DNA of 64,000 nucleotides, taken from the NCBI GenBank assembly GCA_964016885.1, contig OZ024743.1:223882001-223946000 (forward strand), written 5' to 3'. The number at the start of each line of letters is the position of its first letter. Positions within the stretch are counted from its first letter, which is position 1. This DNA comes from Eledone cirrhosa (taxonomy: Eukaryota). The notes under the pieces are model-generated. The model did not search any database, was not told the DNA's origin, and saw only the letters and a program-made list of their open reading frames with translations. Shown piece after piece: positions 13,283 to 25,039 of this stretch. A program made the translations under genes and the position numbers.

Positions 13283-14100
13283 TCTCTTCGCTTCATCCTG
13301 TACACGACGAAAGCTATATTTTTCTCTCTTCTCACATGGCCCTCGTTCGTGTCAGGTCTTTTTTCTAAAGCGCTCATATATTCACCTAGCTTATGCTAAA
13401 CAGAATAATTATGAAGCTTGTTTCATTCCCCTACGGTTAGCTATACTCTTTGTTGTTCTCCTGTCTCACTCGCTTTACGCGTTTTAATTGTCCTAATAAC
13501 TTATTTTAGTTATTATTGCACCGACGTGAGGTATATGATTTTTAATGCAATAAAATATCTATGATCGTCGGCAAATCACTGATGAGGGACTCCTTTTATT
13601 ACATGTTATCCATGCGCTACCTGCAGTATTTTTCTCCATATTTTATTACATATATTTACCCAAACTGCGATTCTGTGTTTTTCTCTCTCTCTCTCTCTGT
13701 TTCTCCTACTTTCTTTCGCCCCCTCTGTCATGTCAGTTAGCTCTTCCTCACACTTTCACTCACTCACTGTTTCTCCTCTCTTCGCTTCATCCTGTACACG
13801 ACGAAAGCTATATTTTTCTCTCTTCTCACATGGCCCTCGTTCGTGTCAGGTCTTTTTTCTAAAGCGCTCATATATTCACCTAGCTTATGCTAAACAGAAT
13901 AATTATGAAGCTTGTTTCATTCCCCTACGCTTTACGCGTTTTAATTGTCCTAATAACTTATTTTAGTTATTATTGCACCGACGTGAGGTATATGATTTTT
14001 AATGCAATGAAATATCTATGATCGTCGGCAAATCACTGATGAGGGACTCCTTTTATTACATGTTATCCATGCGCTACCTGCAATATTTTTCTCCATATTT

Positions 14101-14105
<5 letters not shown>
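13280..14105 (+). repeat. ~330-370 bp direct duplication bounded by (TA)n tracts (pseudo-LTR-like partial tandem)
   Basis: 13280-13648 matches 13774-14105, with ~40 bp missing from the second copy; each contains cactgatgagggac. Confidence 0.88.
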
Positions 14106-14180
<75 letters not shown>

Positions 14181-14182
<2 letters not shown>

Positions 14183-17073
14183 GGCTTCCATACCACCTTG
14201 ACTACCGGCTCAACCCCGATCTAATCCGCCGTGACCACTCTCTGAACTTTCCCCACACCTTCCCACAACCGGTTTTTTCCTTTCTTTGCATTACTTTTTG
14301 ATTGATTTATTTACTGTATTTGTTTATTTCTGACTATGATTTTTTGCCCATGATTGCCTGTGTTTATTTCTGATTATGAGTTTTTGTGTATGATTTTCCT
14401 GTGTATACTCTCCTCTCCTTACGTTATTTCTGTTTGATTTTCCCTCCCCCGTCTCTGCCTACCTTTCACACTCGCCCCTTCGTTCCCCCCACTCCTCCCT
14501 TCTCATTCCTCTCCCTGCTTTAACTCCACGCCCACCAAGCCCAGCCTGAGATCTTTCTCCACCAACTCCACACCCGCCTCAAACCTTTTCCTCACCCCCC
14601 CTCCTCCTACCCTGCTATCTCCCTTCGGCCCTCCAACCCTTCTACCTCATCTTCGCCAAAACCCGGCACTCCAGCCACATCCATTTCCTCAGCCGCTGCC
14701 TCCACTCCCACCTCATCTCCCTCGGCTTCTGACTACATTACCACACCTCCCCCTCCGCTTCCTCCTCCTCCCAACGTTTCCTCACCCGATTCTCGCGCCT
14801 CCTAATGCGCAACTCCCTCCGCTCCTCCCGCTCCACCATCCGCAAACTTGACTACCAACTGACCCTCACCCTCCTCCGCCTGCCAGCCCCTCCTCGCCCA
14901 CTCCATCCTCCTCTTCATCCAAAACCTCAACCACGACCTCTTCTCCTTCCTCACCTCCACCAAAGCCCTTAAGCTACACTCACTCCTCCCTACCACCCTC
15001 ATCCGCCACCACCCGCCTATCCCTATGACCCCCCCCCCCCACACACACACACACACATCCCACCCCTCCCCGCCACTCTCACCCTCTCCCACCCCCTCCC
15101 CTACCACACACCCCACCCAATCTCCACCCTCCACCTCACCCGTCACCACACCCTCCCCTCCTCCTTCACACACCCAAACCCCACCACTTGTTGTCACCAT
15201 ACCCCATGACCGCCCCCTCTCCGCACCTAGCGCTCACGCCTCAGTAGAGGCCTTCGCTTCATACCCCACACTCCGCACAGCGACGAGTTCCGCACCCGAA
15301 CGGAAGTCGAGCGATTCGTGCGACGCACGAAGCTACAAGCACATTTTCATCAAACGCCACCAGCTCCGAACGCCCCAGACCCCTTTCTCGCCCTGGGCCG
15401 ACGACCACCGTCTTGGACGCCGGCCCCAGGGCAATTTAGCACCCTTGACGCGTTCGTCGACGCCTGCCGTAGCGCAGTAAATCGCTTCGACTTCCGCCAC
15501 AGGTCCAAACGGCATAACATCTCACGGGGCGAACTCCTCGCTCTCTGCTCCCTCCGTAGCCGAGATGACATCGTCATCAAACCGGCGGACAAGGGAGGCA
15601 CCGTGGTGGTGTGGCGCGCTGACCTCTACACGGCTGAAGCCCTCAGGCAGCTCCGTAATCCCCCCCCCCCTTCTACCGCCCTCTACCCTCCGACCCCACA
15701 CCCCTCTACCAACAACAAGTTTCCTCCACCATTCAACACCTTGTCTCCTCCTCCCTCCTCCCTCCCACCGCTTCCCACCTCATCGTCCGCACCCCCGCAC
15801 CCCTACTATCTACTTCCTCCCCAAACTCCACAAATCCGACAACTCCGGCCGCCCCATCGTCTCCGCTTGCAACTGACTGCCCCACCGAACTCATCTCCGC
15901 CTTTCTTGACTCTATTCTCGCCACCCTCGTCACCACCCTCCCCTCCCACATCTCCGACACCAACCACGCCCTTCGCCTATTCGACTCCTTCACCTTCCCA
16001 CCGGCCCACAGCCCTTCCTCTTCACCCTAGATATCAAGTCACTTTATACTTCATCCCCCACGCCGACCGCCAACGTGCCCTCAAGCAGTACCTCGAACTT
16101 CGCCCCTCCCCATCCCCTCCACCCCCACCCTCCTTCGCCTCGCCGAGCTGGTCCTCACCCTCAACTGCTTCTCCTTCTCCACCCCTCCCCCTATCACGCA
16201 CTCACCCACCGGTACATATATACACGCACTCACACTATCCACACACCCTAATACCACCACTAACCCTCACCCACACATCCACTCCCCACACCCCACAACT
16301 AATACCACTAACAACCCCCCGACCCCACGCACACGAACACACACCCACCCACACCCTCTTACACCACCCACTCTACACACCCTACCACCACTGACCCCCA
16401 CTACACACCCGCATTCAACCCTTTCCCCACCACCAGTATACTAACACCTACTAACACCCCCTTCACCATACACACATACACACCAGTACACTACACTCCC
16501 TCCATCGTCTCCCACACCTTTCTCTCCCTCTCCCCGCACCACCCACACCCCTTCACACACACACACATCCCACTAACATCTCTACTAATACACACCCCAT
16601 CCCACCGCATGACCCCCTCCCCATCCACACGCACACACACGCCGACCTACACCCCACCCCACACACACCTTTTCCTGAACATGGAACCTCGTTCTTCCCC
16701 CAACTCTCACATTCACATACACACACACACACACGTACACCTACACACATACACCACCTTCAACCCTCCCCGCTCGGACACCCCGCCTCCCTCTCTCCAC
16801 TCCACCCACCACCACCCCTACACACCCCACACCCTTCCACCACTTGTTTATCTTCATGTTTATTTATTTATTTTTTTTTTGTACCCCTTCCCCACCCCCT
16901 TTTTTTCTAAATGTCTCTCCTCCACTCCCCTACACACCTCGGAACTCTCTTCCCACCCACTTTTCGCCTGAAGAAGGGCTTATGCCCGAAACGCCCCCCT
17001 CCCCACTCTCAAGAGCGTGAAACTAATAAACCTTTGTTCGTACTGCCTCTCTGTTTTGTTCCCGTTCCATTTT

Positions 17074-17077
<4 letters not shown>
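14181..17077 (+). mobile_element. Penelope-like retroelement, Neptune-like, frameshifted and internally deleted (no RT catalytic DD motif, no GIY-YIG)
   Basis: Across frames: TRHSSHIHFLSRCL, LSRGLRFIP, WTPAPG, NISRGELLAL..IVIKPADKGGTVVVW, IYFLPKLHK..GRPIVSACN, FTLDIKSLY, LAELVLTLNCFSF, after which coding similarity stops near 16180. A 3' hammerhead-like motif and AATAAA follow; (TA)n on both sides. Confidence 0.88.
16963..16997 (+). ncRNA. Decayed hammerhead motif at PLE 3' end
   Basis: CTGAAGA a gggc-ttat-gccc GAAA cg cc: the cleavage triplet reads GCC rather than GUC and stem I is poor. Confidence 0.6.
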
Positions 17078-17132
<55 letters not shown>

Positions 17133-17171
17133 ATATATATATACACACAGAGATACATATATATATATATG

Positions 17172-18000
17172 TCTTCTTCTTCTTCGCCAACTTATTCCTG
17201 AGAAGGTCGCGAGGACAGAGTCCTCAAACACTCCTTCCAGCGGGTCCTATCAGTAGCAACCGTCTCCAACTGATCTGACTGGATCCCCAAACGAACCTAT
17301 CCGAACTCATGGATGTTAACCAGCCATCTTGCTCTGGGTCAACCCCTGGGTCTCCTGTCGGTTGGTTTATGGTCTCTGTTCCCGATTCCTCTTAAACTAT
17401 GTGTATTTATGGATGTCTCTGTGCTAGAAGAAGCTGTTCATAATAGAGAGTTCATTGCTAGAACAGAAGTCTAATAAGCCTCTCCACTCGTATTTAGATC
17501 GAGATCGCCGTTCCTTCAAATCACTCCTATCCATATCAGGTTGTCAGTGCCAACATGTGCATTGAAGTCTCCCAGCAGGATATATGACTCAGTCTTAATT
17601 ACATTTAACGCTGCAGTGAATTCATCAAGGAAGGATCTGTATTCGGACTCCTTGTTTGGTGCATAAACTTGCATCACCCACAGTGACCTATCTTTCAGCC
17701 TAAGCTTCAAGAGGCAAACCTGACAGCCGGGGGCTTGTGAGTATCCCAACTTCTGTTGCCACACTAGAATAGTGAAGTTTCTATCCTCCATCCAAGTTTA
17801 CAGCAGTACCAGAGCCGCGGAACTTTATTGAGGAAACCCTGACTATATCTAATCTTCTCCCCTAGTTCCTATTCCTTACCTGTAAGGGTTGTGATGTTCC
17901 AGGTTCCAATTGTTACGGTTTGCTCCCTTCTAAACCCTGTTTGTGGTATCGGAATACGCAATCTTCGTGCTTCCATCCCACTCCTCCCAGGATAAGTTGC
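17172..18000 (-). mobile_element. RTE-clade LINE derivative: APE endonuclease N-terminal part joined to the 3' end, RT deleted
   Basis: TIGTWNITTLTGKE (17869-18267 ORF) and VMQVYAPN..ILLGDFNAHVG (17516-17791 ORF), then the RPRGxPRARW 3' segment and a (GAA)n tail at ~17172-17185. Confidence 0.82.
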
Positions 18001-18616
18001 AGATCCATTGCTAGTTTTTACAGCTTGAAATGGAGACTGAAATATATTTTTCGTACAGGTCTCTCCACCTAAGGCCTGAACACGTCCCTTGTTAATCCGC
18101 ATGAAGGACGATGCAGTATGATTTTTTTTGTTACGTCTCATCATAAACATAAGTGATAAAAAACTTATATCACTTATAATAATTTCCCATGTGTATATTT
18201 TACTACAACATTTATTTCCTACACATGGGGAGCCCGGTGTGGTTAAGTAGAAACGGCTACAAACCAACTGCCGAAGGAATATCCGATGTGATAAGCAAGC
18301 ATATGATTGAAGCAGTAAAGCAGAGCACGAACGATGAGATCTGAACAGGTATTGACTTTCGAATAAAGCATTTTTTTTTATCGACTCTCGGATATTCTGT
18401 AGTAGTTTAGATAATTGATAAGTTTTGTGTAGCGAAACTCTTATGTAACATTTGAACGATACGAACTCCCATCAACATATATAATTTTGTAGAAGTGGGT
18501 AAATATAAAATTTGAACTTAACAGAATTTGAATTCGCAACATAAATCTGAATACTTCAAAGCATTTTGCCTACCAGTCTTCTGATTGTGTTCCATTCACT
18601 GCCGAAGGCTGTTTTT

Positions 18617-18712
18617 CAAATATAAAGGAATTTATATTAATATAAAGGAATTTAAATATAAAGGAATTTATATTAATATAAAGGAATTTAAATATAAAGG
18701 AATTTATATTAA
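18617..18712. repeat. Short AT-rich tandem repeat (aatataaaggaattta core)
   Basis: Five copies of aatataaaggaattta in a ~36 bp dimer period. Confidence 0.85.
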
Positions 18713-19342
18713 TTTTCTACATTGTTACATATGAAAAGAAAATGTAGTTTATTTGGTTTTAATCAATTGAACCGACCTTACTACTAATATGAATGTTACT
18801 TATGTTATTGACCCTCTCGGAAGAATCAAAGACAAAGCTAGAAGATTTAGCTTCAGGGGCTTGACAAAATAAAACTAAATATTTTGAGACTAGTCAAATA
18901 GAGAGAGCGTCTCCAAACCACACTCTACCATCTTAAAGATAGGAATGTCACATTAGGTAATGTAGTCCTAGAAACACTGCTTAAAAGTAAGATGGCAAGG
19001 CCATCGTATAGGATACTTTTAATTGTTTAGGTTATTTGATTAATGAGAGAAGACCTACGGCTAAACAGTAAATTATTCTCGTAAACATTGAATCCCATAC
19101 TGTTCTTATCTTGCTACTTCAATTAAATAACTTTAATGCCCACTATATCAACGGGGATTTGCAGAATTTCTAATAAAGTGTTGGACAAAATATTTTGCAG
19201 TATTTATAAACATTCCTTTATATTCTAAGTTCAAATCTCGCTGCGGTCAAATTTGTCATTCATTTTCTCAGGATCGTAAGATGAAGTGTCAATCAAGTAC
19301 TCATTCTATCAACTTTACCCTGTACAAAAATGCATGCCGATG

Positions 19343-19389
<47 letters not shown>

Positions 19390-19414
19390 TATGTTTGTGT
19401 GTGTGTGTGTGTGT

Positions 19415-19655
19415 GTTGGACATCCGTCGGTTACGACGACGAGTGTTCCAATTGTTTGATCAACGGAAACATTTGCTTGTAAAATTAACGTGCATGTGTA
19501 TGCCCTTAGCGTAGTTCTCGTGGAGATTCAGGGTGGCACAGTGTGTGACCAGGCTGGCCCTTCAAACTACAGATAGAGCTCATTATTTTCCAGTTGAGTG
19601 GAGGGGAGCAACAGGAAATCGAACTCGTGACCTTACGATTACGAGTTGATCAACC
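19415..19655 (-). mobile_element. Second SINE family, internally deleted copy
   Basis: Reverse-complement homology to 20500-20845 (ccgtcggttacgacgacgag..aaattaacgtg..cccttagcgtagttctc); B-box complement aatcgaactc. Confidence 0.75.
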
Positions 19656-20199
19656 TTCGTAATAGTATTTCTAATGAAACACTTTATTTCAATTAATTAA
19701 TGAAGAATGTTGAGAGATTTATTAAAATTATTAATTATTTCATTACTAAGATAGTAGCTTAATACAAATTTATATGATAGGTTCTAATATACATTTATGT
19801 TGGAAGATTTTGATTTAAATAGGAAATCTTTAAAGTGAGTAGTTTTGTTTCATAGAACAAGACAGACAGTTATTGACAGGTAGGTATCAAAAAGGTTAGA
19901 TACGCACCTTCATGTCGAAGTTATAAACTAATATTAACAGTAAATTATCCCGAAGTTTAATATCAGAATTCTAATAAGATTTGTGAATCGCTTATTGAAT
20001 GTCTAAGCTCTATCAGAACTACAACCGTTATCCAATAATATTTTAAAAGATAAAATACCATCACGTTCGTGATAAAATTTCATTCGAATAGTCTTTTCTT
20101 GAACGCCTAAAATTAAAAAACGTAAAATACATTTAAATAAATATATAAAATCACGCGACTGATTCTTAATTCATTTTGAACATTTACTAGGATTGAATA

Positions 20200-20392
20200 T
20201 AATTTCTTATTTAGGCACAATGCCAGCAATTTGAAGGGAAGGAGAAAGTCGCTTAAATCGACCCCAGTGCGTGACTGGTACTTTATTTTATCGACCCCGT
20301 TAGCAAAGCTAACCCGGGCGGGATTTGAACTCAGAACGTAAAGAGCCATAACTAGATACTGCAAAGCATTTTGACCGACGCCAATTCATCGC
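20200..20392 (-). mobile_element. SINE copy (Meta/MESC-like family)
   Basis: ggcacaatgccagcaattt..gactggtactttattttatcgacccc..ggcgggatttgaactcagaacg. Confidence 0.85.
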
Positions 20393-20497
20393 ATTAACAA
20401 TATAGCCATGTATTATGATAGTGTCCTTGCATTACATTCACGTCAGTGTGTCTGTGTGGATGCATGCATAAATGATAGTATAAGTATGTGTATAGAC

Positions 20498-20845
20498 ATA
20501 GCGTGGCTGAATGCTTAAGATGTTCGCTTCGTGGCGATTGGGTCTTGAGTTCGATTCCACTACATGGCATCTTAGGCAAATGCTATTTATCATAGATTCG
20601 GGTGGATGCATACCTTGTGAGAGAAATGGGATAGACAGTAACCATGAAAGCCCTTTGGATGATGTACCCGCATCCAAAGTGTCAATCTTGTTACACACTG
20701 TGTCATACTGAACCTCCATGAGAATTTCGTTAAGGGTACAGGGGTCAATGGAATTCTAAGCCACTTACACGTTAATTTAATGAGCAAGCTGTTCTGTTGG
20801 TCGAACAGCCAGAACACTCATCGTCGTATCCAACGGATGACAATT

Positions 20846-20847
<2 letters not shown>
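20498..20847 (+). mobile_element. tRNA-derived SINE with CORE-like segment (second family)
   Basis: A box gtggctgaatgc, B box gagttcgattcc, then ggcatcttaggcaaatgct resembling the CORE motif GTGACCTTGGGCAAGT. Confidence 0.75.
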
Positions 20848-20882
<35 letters not shown>

Positions 20883-21275
20883 AGTAAAATTCCGTTATAA
20901 TGAATACCATTATAACGAATTTTTCGTTACAACGAATTTTCTTTTAGACCTTTTCCATGACTATTCTTGTTCCTCTGTGACTCCTCTTTTTGTGCTGCTT
21001 CTTCCACAAACTTCTTTGTATGGCGTTCGTGTATCTTATGTCTGGTTTCTCTTCTAAGTTTTCTTGTGCATGTCTGTGTGTGTGTTTTCCATCCTTTCTG
21101 TCACTCGTCACTTGGTAGTTGTTATTCTATCCCTGTATTCTACCAAAGATAGTTTTATGTCTGTTTGTGCACCTTTTTAGATTTACCGAGGAAGGTATAT
21201 GCCAGTTTGCCATGTATTTTATATCATATAGTATGTGTACATACAAAAACTCACGCACAAGTACATATATATATA

Positions 21276-21987
21276 TCTGTGTATATATAAAGACAAAGTT
21301 TTCTGTATGTGTATGTGGACAATTTTTAATGAGGGCTCATATCTTCTAAACCATTCATGCGATTTCTTTGAAATTTTTTACAGAGCTTCTCTTTGCACAA
21401 AACCTGTACATGATCTACAAAGGCTTTCAAAAATCGATATTGGGGCCTTTGGAGACATTAAAAAAGTTTCGGTTATTTGTGTGAATTTTCGTGATTAAGT
21501 AAAACAAGAGTTATCTTTAAGTAAGACAAGAGTTATCTTTCATAATTCGGCTCATTCGGATTTTAATTTACTCTTTGTACTTGAAACAAAAGGTACGCTT
21601 CCTTGAGACTAACAATATCATTTTGTATATTTTACAACCAGCAATTTCTAACAGATTACTAAGTTAAGTTATAGATTTGACATTGTATAATTTATCGTTT
21701 CAAGCTTGATGTTCATACATTAAGTGATGTCATAACTTTTACAATATTATGCTTTGTACATAATAGTGTCTATTATTCACTTCACTTCTCTATTTCATGA
21801 TGCGCTTTTACTGTTGTCAAAAAAGACACCGAGCTCACATCTTAATTATTTCGCTGGAATAGTGCCTAAGGTTTTCATGTTTACATAAAGTACGTTTTTC
21901 TTCTATGTATTTAAATTTACTTTGTTTAGTTTAATGAGCTACATCGAAAGCTACTTGAACCGTCCTTTTGACGGGTAGTTTAGCTAG
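21276..21987 (+). mobile_element. Non-autonomous Helitron
   Basis: 5' A|TCtgtgtatatataaag; 3' hairpin ccgtc-ctttt-gacgg followed by CTAG|T at 21984-21988. Confidence 0.82.
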
Positions 21988-22497
<510 letters not shown>

Positions 22498-22581
22498 AAA
22501 CCCCGCCTCAACGCTTATTTCTTCCCATGCATAGAGTACCTCCTTGATTTGTGGTCTCCTCGGTCTCAGCACCGCACACTT

Positions 22582-22621
<40 letters not shown>

Positions 22622-22954
22622 GATAGCATACACACATATATATATGATATACATGTATATATAAAATAGACGAAATTTCTGTCTTAAATTCCGATAAGGC
22701 ATGCGTAATGGTTATTGAAATGAAACGCAAACGCCGAGACATTCTACAAACAGATTATGCACAAAAACAAAATTCCTTGTCATCTGCCTGTCACCCCCTC
22801 CCCCTCTCTTTCCTTATATACGTATTCCTGTGTATGTATTTCTAAGTTCATTCATTCCGCCGCAAACACAAAACTCCGAGTAGAGACGAATTGAAACATC
22901 AGTTTCAAATAATTAAAGAAGTTTTACTAACAGTATAGAGCAACCATTCTCTCA

Positions 22955-22992
<38 letters not shown>

Positions 22993-23320
22993 TACACACA
23001 CATATATACAGTTTCTTTCTTTCTGTGTCCACAAGGATGTCAGTTACAAAGCTTGGCTGGATGTGGTTCCACCACAGCTGAACGCATTGCTGTCCTTTCT
23101 CATTAAACTCTGCCAAGTCCAAAACTATGCAGGGGTGTTCCAGCAGGGGTGTTCTATCAGAAGGTGCTGCGTAGTTTGTAGTTCGATGCTGTAGTCACAT
23201 ACAATGTCTCCATCCTTTAAATGTCCTCAAGATTGGCTTTTGCTTGTCCAAACACCAGATCTTAGTCTGGTTAGGTATTTCCACACTGAAGTTTCCTTAG
23301 AACCTAACTAATAATTGTTC

Positions 23321-23351
<31 letters not shown>

Positions 23352-23496
23352 CACAGGGTGTACCAAAAGAATGTAAACACACTTCAGCAGCATTCTAATA
23401 AATATTGTCTGTATAGGTAATCAAATTTGGGGGAACACACTGTACACACACACACGTGCACACACAAACGCACACACACATACGCACACACGCACG

Positions 23497-23591
<95 letters not shown>

Positions 23592-24819
23592 TATATATAT
23601 ATATATATACATACACTCTAAACTATTGATATTTCCATAGATTTTGTCAGTATTTCCATGCGGTATATCAAATGCTTCAACTATCGATATCGTTTTTCTC
23701 TTAAAGCCGTTTTTATCTAAATATTTATTTATCATTGGCATTGTTGACATTTTAATATTTTCTCTCATACACGTTGGATTTCTGCTATTACAAGCCTCCA
23801 TATTCTATGCATGGTGGATTTCTGCTATTATACGACTCCATATGCATGGTACTTCGTTCCTCTACATTACGTCGTCTTTTTCTCCTTTGTTCCTGTACCT
23901 CTCAAAATGTAAACATTTTTGAGGTAGAAGACAAATACGGAAAAAACAACCCATCCGTTGAAGTTAACAGTAAAACAAATAAGTGAAATGTCAAAAGCAA
24001 TTTATATTCATGTTAAAATTTAGCATACTAAAGTTAATCGTTATCTGAAGAAGTTAAGAAATTATAATAAAGATATATAAATCGACAACTATAGTTGAAA
24101 TATACAGAGTAGTGATCATGTATTTCGAACTGTTGTGTATGGATGCCTGAACGTTCGGGGCTGCGGTATCGGATTATACGATAATACAGAGGACTATTTC
24201 TCTCGATGCATTATACGTAAGATGCTTTTCCCAGTGAGTCGAGGTTTACGCTATGCCTCACTTTCATATAGATTATATTTATGTTTTTAAAATCCACTGT
24301 CAATAAATACACCAGGATTTTTTCATTCTGATGACTGAAAGCAAATTTCTTTTGCTTTCAAGAAACCACTGGTAAATGAAATAATTATCTTATGTTGTTT
24401 ATTACATAACTATTAAGCTCTGTAACCTACATAGAGCACTCTTTTTTCCTGGACTTTTCCGACGGAATTACTTCATTCACACATATATATACATATATAT
24501 AAACAGAGGTCATTAAAACGTTTGGATATAAACATAAATAAATTGTGGTTATTTAAGTAGCAGCTTAAAGGAAAAACAAACATGATTTATTTTAACATAC
24601 TAGAAGAGAAGCTCTTAAATTGAATATTATTAACTTGAATACTTTACACATAAATCCTTTATTATCGTTTTTATATGTCTTATGGCTATCAATTAGAACA
24701 GGTATTTCTGTTCTTAAGCTGTATCGTTGCTATCTAAGCTCCACCATATTTTCAATGAAAATCTCTTCGTTTTACCAGTTAGAAATAGCAATAAATTATG
24801 AGGGTTTCTGCATTGATAC

Positions 24820-25000
24820 AATTGTATCTAATTTAGACACAGGGTCAGGAATTTGTGGGAAGGGAAAATTGATTAAATCGATTTTCAGTATCGACCTCTG
24901 CAGGAGCAGGATAGACAACAAAATTGATCTCAGCGAAATTTGAACAAATGTTGCCAAGCATTTCTTCCGACACTCTTACGATTCTGCCAGTTCACCGCCC
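24820..25000 (-). mobile_element. Degenerate SINE copy
   Basis: ttagacacagggtcagg..aaaattgatctcagcgaaatttgaac..gattctgccagttcaccgccc. Confidence 0.7.
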
Positions 25001-25039
25001 TTCTAACATTGTCAGATTGTCAAATAAAAGAGACTAACT

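Noticed and set aside
15025-16971. Pro/His/Thr-rich extensin-like ORFs
   Set aside because: Out-of-frame readings of the C-rich PLE.
18250-18350. Short open frame NGYKPTAEGISDVISKHMIEAVKQSTNDEI as a host exon
   Set aside because: No good splice acceptor, no recognisable domain, and it lies next to the RTE 5' region.
22705-22750. ccgataa-ggc..tgcgt...acgca..gcc-gaga hammerhead-like remnant
   Set aside because: Three core mismatches and no convincing stem I; not counted.
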